NCBI RefSeq assembly: GCF_001194135.2
Contig: NC_068984.1
Coordinates: 138,017,576-138,058,681 of the forward strand
Source of the DNA: Octopus bimaculoides
Taxonomy: Eukaryota
DNA: 41,106 nucleotides
Direction of reading: 5' to 3'
Shown: one piece after another, positions 12,501-22,000 of the stretch
Layout: the number at the start of each line of letters is the position of its first letter
Numbering within the stretch: position 1 is the first letter of the stretch
Program-made: the position numbers and the translations under genes
Notes under the pieces: model-generated
What the model saw: only the letters and a program-made list of their open reading frames with translations
Databases searched by the model: none
Told to the model about the DNA's origin: nothing

Positions 12501-15500
12501 ACAGCGTCTGGGAATCGAAACCACGGTCGTCAGTGCAACACTTTAACAACTGGGTCACGTGCCTTCATACACACTTCATATTTTATTTTTTAACTGGTTT
12601 CAATCATTAGACTGTAGTCATTCTGGAGCACCGCCTTGAAATATTTTAGTCGAGCAAATCGATCCCAATACTTCTTTATTAAGTCTGGTAGCATTCTGTC
12701 AGGATTCTTTTACCGAACCGCTAAATTACAAGGACGTAGACAGATAAATAATCCAACAACGATTATCTAGCAGTTGGATGATGACAAACTCAAAGTCACA
12801 TATTGGTATACATACATAGCTCTGTATGCGTGTGTATATATTATACAGACGAAGGTAAAGAATTACGCACACCATCCGTTTTCGGCGTTTAGGGTTAGGG
12901 TTAGGGTTAGGGTTAAGTTTACGGTTACACGGAAAACGAGTGGTGTTCGTATTCTTTACCTCTGTCTATGATATATATATATATATTCGCTAAGTTTCTG
13001 TGCAGTTTCCTTTTACCAAATTTACCCAAAAGGCGTTGGCTGCTTCGGGGCTATAGAAGAAATCACTTGCCCAAAGTGCCGTGCAGTAGGACTGAATCCG
13101 AAATCACGTGGTCCCAAAGTGACCTTCTTCACTACATCACTATATATGTGTAGGGTGGTCCAAAAGTCTTGTCCCCTACCGAAAAGTAATAAGGAGAATA
13201 GAGGAACAATATAATATCAAATACATTTACTGGTTTTAGAACATTCATTTTCATTGACACAGACACTGTCACACATCGAGAAGGTCTGTATGAACGCCAT
13301 CACTTTCATGGCACAAAATCATGCGGCACCATGTCCTGTGTCATATTTTACAAAGCTGTGCTTTGGGGGTTGTTGCAAAGGCTGCCAAAGCAGAGCCCTT
13401 CAGCTGTTGGGTATTCTGGTATCGCTCTTGTGAAACTCCCCTTGATAATAATACCCTGCAGAGCGCTGTTGCAAGACATGAGGCCTGGACTTCTGGGAAG
13501 CTGATCGAGAGGTGCTGGAAGTTGTTGTGATCCTCACCCCATCCATCTATCTCGAAAACCTTCCTTCAGGTATTCACTGACATTGATGCTAGAATACCCA
13601 ACAGTTGAAGGACGTGCTTTCGGCAGCCTTTGCAATAATCACCAAAGTACAGTTTCGTAAAATATCACACACAACTTGGCGCCGCATCATTTTGCGCCCT
13701 ACGAAAGCGATGATGCTCATACAGACCTTTTCGATGCGTGTCAGTGTCAATAAAAGTGAATATACTAAAACCAGTACATGCTTTAGATATTATATTGTCC
13801 CTATATTATCCTTAGTGCTTTTCGGTAGGGGGTGACAAAACTTTTGTACCACCCTGTATATATTAAAAGAAACACAAAAACATATGCGTTTAATACACGC
13901 AGCAAGAAAAGCAGAGCCAGCTATGTTCAGACAGCCGCTCCTAATACACAGTTCATATTATTGATAAATTTTAATTTTGTGTTTGTGTTTTCCTTGATTT
14001 ATGCAGCCAATGTTGGCCCATTTTAAAAACTTCGAACCCTCATTGGCCGATATCACGACTGCACCTGTGCATTTTCAATCGGCTTGTGTATATGAACTGC
14101 ACTTGGAGTCCAATATATGTAAATCAATGCATTTTGTTATTTATTTTAGCAGACACAGAGGTAATAACATAAAATGCTAATTTAAATGATTCATTCATTG
14201 CAGAAAAGGAATCGGTATAAGCACACACAGGGTTCATTAAGACTACTTACCAAGCCAATTTTTGCGTGATTTTCTTTTGCACCACCGATCTAATTTTGTT
14301 TTGAGGCACTAAAAATTTTTTAAAAATCTGTTTTATTTTTTCTTTCAACCAGGCTCAGGTATGGCTGTGTGAAAAGTTCTCTTCCCAATCACATGGTTCT
14401 GGGTTCAGTTCTTCTTTGTGACACCTTGTGAGTGGATTTGGTAGCCGGAAATTGAAATAAGCCCATCGTGTATGTTTGTGTGTTCCACCACAGCTTGACA
14501 ACCGCTGTTGGTGTGTTTACGTTCCTGTAACTTGGCGCGGTTCGGCAAAAAAGAGCCATAGAAAAGTACTAGTTTTAAGGCGGTGAGCTGGCAGAAACGT
14601 TAGCACGCCGGGCGAAATTCTTAGCGGTATTTCGTCTGCCGTTACGTTCTGAGTTCAAATTCCGCCGAGGTCGACTTTGCCTTTCATCCTTTCAGGGTCG
14701 ATAAATTAAGTACCAGTTACGCACTGGGTCGATGTAATCGACTTAATCCCTTTGTCAGTCCTTGTTTGTCCCCTCTATGTTTAGCCCCTTGTGGGCAATA
14801 AAGAAATAAGAAAAAGTCTTAGGTTTTAAAAAATTAGTACTAGTGTCGATTCGTTCGATCAAAATTCTTCAAGGCAGTGCCTCAGCATGGCCGCCGTCTA
14901 ATGACTGAAACAAGTAAAAGGTATACATGTTCTAATTAACACTATATAAACTATAACATTGATATCACCGATGATTCCTGCTGTACAGAATGAATATTAT
15001 ATTCACTCTATATCGAGCGAGTCATTGGTGATACACATGTTAAAAAGTGTTAAAATGTCCATTATACCGCCATTTATGGATTTTTTTCTTCATATATGAG
15101 GTTTTTCACAAATTTATATTTTTCTATATAAACCTTAATGACTTCTTTTTTCGCAAAAATTATCTTGTGGAGGGCAGCGCTCCATTGAAAGAGCGACAAT
15201 GTCTTGCATCCTTCTTACCGCGTTTTATCGCTAATGATTCAAATTAGAAGCCATCCAAGAAACACAAAGAAGTATGTGCTTTATACAGTTCCTAAAATTT
15301 GAATAATGTAGCTTGAAACACAGTAATGTAAAGCTCCATAAAATGACATCACCGCTGAAAGTTACCAGGAACTTCCATGGTAGACAAACTGTTAAATGTT
15401 AAAAGAATGAAATATTTAACAGAAAGAATTATTTAGATGTTTTTCTTTTATATTCGTTTTTATCACAGTTATTTGAGAAATGTAACTGAAAGACGATATA

Positions 15501-15696
15501 ACATACCTTGAACGAAAGCAGTATAAGATAGAATAACAAGAAGAACTCTAGGTTGATTGAATATTTGCAACCAAGACGGTCGAAAGGGACCGAAACCATA
15601 ACGAAGATCTTCTGTTTCTTCATCTTGAGTAACTTGGGTTCCATTTTCTTGAATGTTATGTTTAACCGGTTCATTTGTCTTAGTCTCGTTGTCCAT
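2564..15696 (-). CDS. SLCO4A1-like: OATP/SLCO organic anion transporter, OATP4-like, 5' partial; join(complement(15507..15696),complement(3800..4075),complement(2564..2740)); continues beyond position 1
   Basis: Spliced translation MDNETK...YGFGPFRPSWLQIFNQPRVLLVILSYTAFVQG|FIVNGVINANMSTVEKRFDLPSSMSGWIASVYDI...WLGYGFITFSLGSFVMALPHVF...HCL|KTSS...FLLGQIFHSVGGSILYSLGMTVVDDIV...FYIG matches the N-terminal TM1-TM4 of OATP4-type transporters. All junctions are GT-AG and phase-compatible (1-1-1). The subfamily assignment is from motif recall only. Confidence 0.92.
2821..3010. mobile_element. Palindromic MITE-like foldback containing TTAGGG-type repeats
   Basis: About 70-bp inverted arms (gacatcgttcgt...gccaaatttgg / ccaaatttggc...acgaacgatgtc) with a loop of about 36 nt. 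Confidence 0.8.
3141..3327. mobile_element. Right end of a GGATCTTT-terminated DNA transposon family (Merlin-like)
   Basis: Near-collinear with 27850-28034 and with the interior and right end of 8878-9085; ends in aaagatcc. Confidence 0.65.
3389..3483. repeat. 95-nt inverted repeat (37-bp arms, 21-nt loop) ending in TA on both sides
   Basis: taattgctaaccaagtgtggtgtcctatacaggatag ... ctgtcctgtataggatgccacacttggttagcaatta; 3 mismatches. Confidence 0.9.
3800..4075 (-). CDS. SLCO4A1-like: OATP coding exon 2 (276 nt, phase 1-1)
   Basis: Acceptor tttttgcag|GG at 4076/4075; donor TTAA|gtaagt at 3800/3799; encodes FIVNGVINANMSTVEKRFDL...LPHVF. Confidence 0.93.
4743..4942 (+). mobile_element. tRNA-derived SINE (family A) with target-site duplication
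   Basis: B-box-like gttcaaattcc; central gcctttcatcctttcggggtcgataaa domain; TSD ttctgttgctaca at 4730-4742 and 4951-4963. Confidence 0.9.
5076..5214 (-). mobile_element. SINE family B head fragment
   Basis: ggtgccacgcagtgggactgaac and accacacagccatg motifs. Confidence 0.7.
5527..5952 (-). mobile_element. Dimer-like SINE family A (two units joined by a linker of about 65 bp)
   Basis: Unit 5789-5952, linker 5723-5788, second unit 5527-5722 lacking the 5'-most bases. Confidence 0.85.
6316..6700 (-). mobile_element. SINE family B with internal (TA)n
   Basis: Collinear with 618-982; (TA)n at about 6531-6571. Confidence 0.88.
7030..7880 (+). mobile_element. L1/Tx1-clade LINE fragment (pre-RT region and RT N-terminus)
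   Basis: ORF 7011-7652 contains PITPEEVIEAM...KAPGLDGLPYELYK...WGVVTLVRK; the frameshifted continuation reads RPITLLNTKLKILAKVL and then TIQNNL. Confidence 0.85.
8603..9168. mobile_element. Decayed hAT-like non-autonomous element
   Basis: Degenerate TIRs cagcgctgaactaa / ttaatccagcctt; the TSD is only partly preserved (agtggga/agtgggg). Confidence 0.5.
8878..9085. mobile_element. Palindromic MITE with 8-bp TSD and GG-starting TIRs (Merlin-like)
   Basis: About 65-bp inverted arms; perfect TSD tgtttata at 8870-8877 and 9086-9093. The superfamily is inferred from the TSD length and GG termini. Confidence 0.8.
9196..9499. mobile_element. hAT-Charlie-type MITE
   Basis: TIRs cagtggttctcaacc / tgttgagaatccctg; 8-bp TSD ggttactt/ggttacat with central TA. 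Confidence 0.85.
10248..10450 (-). mobile_element. SINE family B tail half
   Basis: gactgcggccatgctgg and ttttgccgaaccg motifs, followed by (CA)n. Confidence 0.75.
10850..11037 (+). mobile_element. SINE family B tail half
   Basis: gcttgacaaccggtgttgg ... gcggtgctccagcatggccgcag. Confidence 0.8.
11060..11400 (+). mobile_element. Possible CR1/Jockey-type LINE 3' remnant
   Basis: HLLGRIQNNFVQFISNVSLTNNFHTVS weakly resembles the LLDRIQ..A..LI....LT..L motif; heavily decayed. Confidence 0.3.
11901..12282 (-). mobile_element. SINE family B, near full length
   Basis: Tail, spacer, core and head are all present. Confidence 0.85.
12380..12568 (-). mobile_element. tRNA-head SINE with a V-domain-like segment
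   Basis: Minus strand reads ggtttcgattcccagac...ctcttgagcaaag...ctgtaacggactggcc; the domain label is from recall. Confidence 0.5.
12582..13140 (-). mobile_element. SINE family B interrupted by a TTAGGG MITE
   Basis: Tail at 12582-12740, head at 12985-13140; the insertion lies in the microsatellite spacer. Confidence 0.7.
12853..12961. mobile_element. Small palindromic element with a (TTAGGG)n centre
   Basis: Arms aggtaaagaattacgcacaccatccgttttc / gaaaacgagtggtgttcgtattctttacct; about four TTAGGG units between them. Confidence 0.75.
13151..13856. mobile_element. Tc1/mariner foldback derivative with arms of about 280 bp carrying the transposase C-terminus
   Basis: TIRs tagggtggtccaaaagt / acttttgtaccaccctg|ta; the minus-strand centre translates DRWMG*GSQQLPAPLDQLPRSPGLMSC (WPPRSPDL-like). 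Confidence 0.85.
14352..14920 (+). mobile_element. SINE family B containing a nested family A SINE (14579-14810)
   Basis: The B sequence resumes after the A copy; degenerate TSD gaaaagtactagttttaa / gaaaaagtcttaggttttaa. Confidence 0.85.
15507..15696 (-). CDS. SLCO4A1-like: OATP coding exon 1 (63 aa plus the first base of Gly)
   Basis: ATG at 15696-15694; donor CAAG|gtatgt at 15507/15506; acceptor tttaacag|ACTC lies 4 nt upstream of the ATG (exon starts at 15700). Confidence 0.9.
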
Positions 15697-15904
15697 GAGT
15701 CTGTTAAAGGAAAAATAATTATATTTTATTGAGGAGATAATGCCTTTTATACGGTAAGTATTTGTTTGTTATACCAATTCAGAATAACAAATGTATTGAC
15801 GTATTTCATTACAGAGATCAAAGTAAAATATTTAGAAAATATTTGGACCAGTTGTGGCTGAGAATATTTATTTCGATCGATGATTATGTAAAAATAATAT
15901 GTCA

Positions 15905-16265
15905 CTGTACGGTTAAGAAACTCGTTTTGTAGCCACATGTTTTGAAGTTCAGTACCATTGCGCGGAACTTGGGGCAAGTGTCTTCTAATATAGCCCTGGA
16001 CCGACAAATGCATTGTGAGTGAATATAATAGCTGGAAACTATGTGAAAGTCCGTCGTGCACATTATATTGTGTACTTGTTGTGTTTGTTCAACACTGCTT
16101 GACAATCGGTGTTGGCTTGTGCACATTTCCGTAACAGCGGTTCTACATGGGAAACTGATGGAATGAATAGCAGATTTAAAAGGAAAAACAAATACTAGGG
16201 TGAATTTCTACGACTAATAATCTCAAGCCGATTTACCAACTGTCCAATAACTGAAACAAGTAAAA
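15905..16265 (+). mobile_element. Degenerate SINE family B
   Basis: ggggcaagtgtcttctaatatagccc core and gcttgacaatcggtgttgg. Confidence 0.7.
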
Positions 16266-17296
16266 AGTAAAAAAAAAAAAAAGAGATATAAACTTTCTTA
16301 TATAAACAAATGGATGAATTCATTTCTTTTAAATGATTTAAACCGAAAGGCAAATCTGAATTTGAAAGACGTCCTAATTAAGTTTGCAGGGGTTAACGAA
16401 CTTGATATGTCCGTACATAGTAAAAGCTAACACGTTTTTCCAATAACATTCCTTTTATCAATCTGTTGGAGTTGTACTTCATAATTTTGTCCTATTTCTC
16501 TTTCATTTCTAGTATGTATTTCACGTGCAACTTGTTTCTTTATTGCCCACAACGGGCGCCCACAGTGGGGACAATACAAGACATGTGTTGACTTATAACA
16601 ATAAAAAAAGCAATTAAAATATGATAATATGAATGACAATGAAAAATGAAAATGGAACCACTCGCCCCACTTACGAGCAGCCCCATTTTCTACCTTTTAA
16701 AATCTGATCCCTCTAGCATATCAAAACCCGTTTCTTCCGATAGTCTGTCATATGTCGTGTAATTTGGTAGTAAATCGCAGTCAGAATCTAACTCCCAATA
16801 GCTGTAACCGTGTTCAAACGAATATATTGTCTCCTCTTGTTCCTTTGTTGGGAGCACACAGCTGTGCCACTCCCTGATGTTATCGTAGTCAACAGTTCCT
16901 ACTTCCTTTACTCCGTCCTATGAAAACACCTCATCTATCAAATCGTTATTAGATCCCTATAGTATTAAAGCTTTACATTCCCCACCTTTTTTTTTTACTT
17001 GTGGGAGAGAGTTTGAAATTCTTTGTGTGTGTGTATATCGCGTCCATTTACTTAGAAAAACGATACCTAATGCTTTGTTAAAGCAAAATTAATATATATA
17101 TATATATATATATACATAGATATTTGGCAGAAGCAACAAAGTAACACTAAGTCCGAGAGTTTCGTGCATTAGCACTTATCACAAAAGTTACTGACCTTGA
17201 ATCATTCTTTGCTTCTGTTAAATATTAATAAAAATAGATTTTAAGTTCTATTTTTTCCTGCTAGCATCACCATACCTGTATATGTATTTCTGTCTC

Positions 17297-17300
<4 letters not shown>

Positions 17301-17367
<67 letters not shown>
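17301..17367. repeat. Compound (TA)n(TG)n(CG)n microsatellite
   Basis: Read directly from the sequence. Confidence 0.95.
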
Positions 17368-17368
<1 letters not shown>

Positions 17369-17744
17369 GTACATTCCTAACTATTTTTTTTTTTAGAGAC
17401 ATGTTTGCTATCGTCTAAAAGAACAGCAGGTCATTATTTTTGTCTTGCCTTTCTCTTGGCCTTTTTCTCATGCCATCCTTACAAATTAATTCGTCAAATA
17501 TTCAAGCAATAGTATTACGAAAAATTATGCAAAAATGTAGATTAGTCCAGTTTCATTGAAATGACAAACTAACAAATATTAAGATTCAACCAACGGGAAG
17601 AACAACAAATTCACAATAAATAGAATACATGCAAAACAATAATAAAAGAGTGGAAAATTGCTTTATATTTGAAAAGCTACTGTTGGCCTTCAGTCGAAAT
17701 CAAATATGTCTACCAATAATACTCACATTTTCAGCAATTTAACC

Positions 17745-17988
17745 AGGCGCGATAAGAAGCCTGCTTCTCAACCACATAATTCTAGGTTCAGTCCTACTGC
17801 ACGGCACGCTGGTCGAAATGATTAGCGTTATTTCGTCTGTCTTTATGTTCTGAGTTCAAATTCCGCCGAGATCAACTTTGCCTTTCATTCTTTTAGGGTC
17901 GATGAAATAATGTTGAACACTGGGGTCGATATAATTGACTTAACCCTTTTCCTCGAACTTGCTGGCCTTATGCCAAATCTTGGAACCA
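17745..17988 (+). mobile_element. Chimeric SINE: family B head joined to family A body
   Basis: B head up to ...ctgcacggcac, then A sequence gctggtcgaaatg...gttcaaattccgccg. Confidence 0.65.
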
Positions 17989-18831
17989 ATATTATTACCA
18001 TTGTTGAGAATTTAACTGATTTGAATATTGAAAATGAATTGAATCCACGTGTGAATTTTCACTTTCACAAAAAAGCGAGTCACAATTCGATTCCGTCCAT
18101 GTACGAAACTAAATAATTGGAAGACTAGACGATTGACATTTTGAAAAACCAAATTGGTAAACGAAGAATTAGAAAGGGAAATCTTAAGCAATGCATTGTA
18201 ACCAACTGATAACAGCGACTAAACTGTACCAACCATCAGAAACTGGCCGACAAAGTTTGGAACTGAAGCAATTTTAAAGCCACTATAAGCATACTGAAGA
18301 TGATTGTTATTAGTACACCTGGGAAAAGATTCAAGAATTCTGATGCTCTTAAAAATTACCAATTCCAAAAAAATGTAAACGCGTCATTAGTATTATTTTC
18401 AGAATATTCGTTAGCCATGCCAAGTCTTAAAGCACCTTTAAAAAAAAAAACTGACAAAAAAAAAAAAATTTAATGACCACTTGATTGCCAATAAAGTTTT
18501 AACGAGTTGTAAATTATTAATTTTGCTGTCAAATTTTACGAGTGTAATATTCCTAAAGGATTACTAACAAACACTTTGACTCAACTTTCGAATGTCATCG
18601 TGGCCTGACTCGAATAAAGCAAACGAGTTGTAGACACTGCTATTGGTGACAAATACAAGTCTATATACGTGCTGTCGTTTAAATATCCAGCATGTGAATC
18701 GGTTGCTAGTGCAACTGATAAAAAGTGTAGTGAGTGGCTAAAAATATTTGTGCTAAGTCAGCGAATAGACATCGACTACTCCGAACTAACTATTTATCTA
18801 CTAAAACTCTGTGCTTGTCTGTGATTTAGTA

Positions 18832-19075
18832 CAGTCAAACCGGCGCATTACGGGAAATTATTCTGAAATGTGAATTCAAACGGAATAAAACAAGTTTCGC
18901 GTTAACCGGACCACGGATTCCCGAGATTTGCGGTTGTGGTGGGTACTTTCATAAACAGCCAAAACAGCGGATAATGGGAAACACTCCGAAAGTAACATAA
19001 CTCTGGAATGATAATATAAACAGAATAAAACAAATTTAGCGTAAATCGGACCACGGGTCCCCGAGATACGCGGAA
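18832..19075 (+). mobile_element. Probable left end of a pogo/Tc1-type element with a duplicated 51-bp subterminal motif
   Basis: ta|cagtcaaacc terminus; direct repeats at 18883-18933 and 19023-19073. No right TIR found. Confidence 0.4.
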
Positions 19076-19842
19076 AAAGGAACTTTGAAGTGGAGTGATT
19101 GGACAGCTATTAGCGAAAAATCGAGAATTAAGGATTATTTATGGATAAATTAGAGTAGAATTCAGATTTGTTACAAGATACAAATTTCCAAAATACATTA
19201 ACCGAATCTCCGATAGCATATTTAAAAGACAGATTGATATTTTTCTAGGAATTAAGCATACGTCTTATAAGCTGTAAAATGCGGTAAACGCTGTTTGTCG
19301 ATATAAAACTCTACCTACGTTTATCTATATATTATGCGTATATTCATCTATCTTAAATCTATATTTACCGATATAAAATCTTTGCATGCATGTACGTGTC
19401 TGTCTGTCTTTGATTACGACAGTAAGCAATTAAAATAAATTGAAACAAACTTGAATATTTGTAACGTTATACAAACATATTAAGAAGTTTAGAGCAGGAT
19501 CAGCTTTAGCAAATTTTGGTTCTCGACGGAAAAGAGAAGTAGATTTTTGCATAAATTTACATACAATTAAGCTGCTTTACACTTTATAACGTTATTGAAA
19601 CAAAATGTATAAGATATTTGGAATTAGTTAAAAATATATAGCTGAAGTAACAAATAAGCCCAGTCATATCGTAGAAACTAGCCTTTTTAAAGCTCAGAAG
19701 TTAAAATATATGATTTTATACATTGTCATTGTCAGAGTTTAACAACATTAAAGTTTAGCAAAGTATATGTAGATTGTTTTAGAAAGATTCTTATCATTTA
19801 GTATACCAATCGTCGAATGGACTGTAACTTAATATTCTATTT

Positions 19843-19995
19843 AGCACCAGATCAGCAAGTTTTGAGGAAAGGAGTAAGTCGATTATATCGTCCCAGTAGT
19901 TAACTGGTACTCATTTTATGGACCCTGAAAAGATCAAAGTCGATCTCGGTGACATTTGAATTCAGACCGTGAAGCTTGAAGAAATGCTGCTGAGG
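19843..19995 (-). mobile_element. Degenerate SINE family A
   Basis: agtcgattatatcg...actggtac...tttgaattcaga. Confidence 0.7.
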
Positions 19996-21859
19996 AGAAT
20001 ACGAGTCTAACCTGGCCGTTATTTTCACCATTTGATTTTACAGATTTACTCCAAACTGCATTGTTTGTATCGTAGAAAAAAACAAAAAAACAAAAAAAAA
20101 AACCCTCCATCAGCTTACTGGGATCATCGCATTTGATTCTTTCACGAAAGGAAATTTTATCTATTAATTGCTTCGATAATCGCAGTTGAGTGAACATTTT
20201 CAACTCGCTATAAGGTATATGTGAATCCCGATCGTACATGTATTCATTAAGCAGAAAATCTCACCTGAATCCTTTTCTCGCAATCATTATTGATTTTTCT
20301 ATTCTCCACTGAATGAATATTCCAGGTAATCCTTTTTCAGTTTATTCAATCCTCAGCAATATTATTACTATTTTGCTTGTCACGGCGTTAGTGCTTCGGA
20401 GTGCTTGTTATGCTTTCAAAAATCTTAACTAAGAAACCATAATGGAGTGATGATATGAATACCAAAATTGAAAGAAGGAAATTTATAAACGTGGAATTTC
20501 CATGGGCTTCTCAAGTTTTGCTTTATATTATTCGATAAACTTCCTGTCTGGAAATTTACAGTTAAATTTATAAAGTGTTTCGTGCAGTAAATAAACTGAT
20601 GCAATTGTTTAACCTTCGTTTAGTGTTTTCGTTCATGTTTCCAGTTTTCAGTTACATACTATCAGCGATCATTGTCATCATTTGGCGCAGATTTTCTTTC
20701 TCCAATTGACTTAAAAATAAATTTACTTGCTTCATTTTTTTTTTCTATAGTAATTTTTTCTCAATTACTTTTGGAATAATATTAAAAAAAAGTTACAGTA
20801 TTTTTCGAAATTTATGGTGAGAATGTGTCACAAAGTTTTGATGTGTAGTAGAGCATTTTAAATAGTACATGTAGATATAATAGATATAAACATGTTCGAT
20901 TGCGTGATGAACAGCTGAGAAGTTAACAGTAAAATATTGAACAGAAGTTGAGAGAGGCAAAATTTTTTGAAACTCACAAAGTAGGGCAGAAGTATTAATT
21001 ATTCTATAATTGGTGTCACTCGTTGGACTGTGGGCCATACTAGAGAAATGCCATCCTACGATACAATCGATTGACATTTTGATAAGTTTTAAATATACAA
21101 TTCATTTTCTTATGCGGGAACATTTATTGCTAAAAAGAAAATCATTATATTTGTGAGTCAAACAATGCAAAGAAAAGAAAAAAATCAAGAAAATTGATTG
21201 CTTTGCAATTTTCACATTTTAACGTCACATAAATCTGTCGGTTACAGAGATTCTGTTTCGTCATAAACTTTGTTTTGGTTTTATCAAGTAAGTGAAACCG
21301 AGACTAGAAAGCTAGGAACTGGACGTCCTCATCGATAATTCCTAGGCTGCCTCGGGTTGTCTCAGCGTCAGTTTCGACAGTATGTTCTGTGGATAAGTTA
21401 TTGGAAGAGAAGTAAATGGGTACAAGCGCTATGCTTCTAAATGCGTGCAAAACAACAAAATACATATTGATAGGAAAAACAATGAAATAAAAAAAAAGCC
21501 TCTGGCATTAATGTAGAACATTACGATTATGACGTAGTTTAAAATATAGAATATCACTTGACTGATTTGTCTATAATCTTGTGCAAATGATGACAATTCC
21601 TTACAGCATTCTTTTATAATTCGGCAACAGAAAAATAATTATTTTAAATTTCCCTTCTCGCTATAATCGATAAATATGTAGTGAGGTCATTGAGAGAGAA
21701 GTAAGAGTGTTCATCAATATCAAAAGTAGTTTATAAATTATCAGAAACGTGAGAGTAAAGATCGATACATATTTTTGCTGTTTATGATATCGGAAAATAA
21801 GCGGAAATTCAAATCGTGTTATCTATGTTATTTGACGCCAAATATTTACTATTATAAGT

Positions 21860-22000
21860 AGGTCTGAAATTTTTGGGGGAGAGGACTAGTGGGTTACATC
21901 GAACCCATTGCTATACTGGTACTTAATTTATCGACCCGGAAAGGCTGAAAAACTAATCGACCTCCGCGAAATTTGAACTCAGCATGTAATGAGTCGGAAC
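21860..22000 (-). mobile_element. SINE family A, 5'-truncated
   Basis: ttttgggggagaggactagt ... atttgaactcag. Confidence 0.75.

Noticed and set aside
12890-12914. TTAGGG runs as a true or healed telomere
   Set aside because: Only a few units, enclosed by inverted repeats, so they are element-internal.
15429-15674. 81-aa minus-strand ORF overlapping OATP exon 1
   Set aside because: Alternative frame of the real exon; no recognisable motif.
17990-18640. Possible decayed transposase ending in a hAT-like TIR (gttgtagacactg near 18626-18638)
   Set aside because: No matching left TIR or recognisable catalytic motif; too weak to call.
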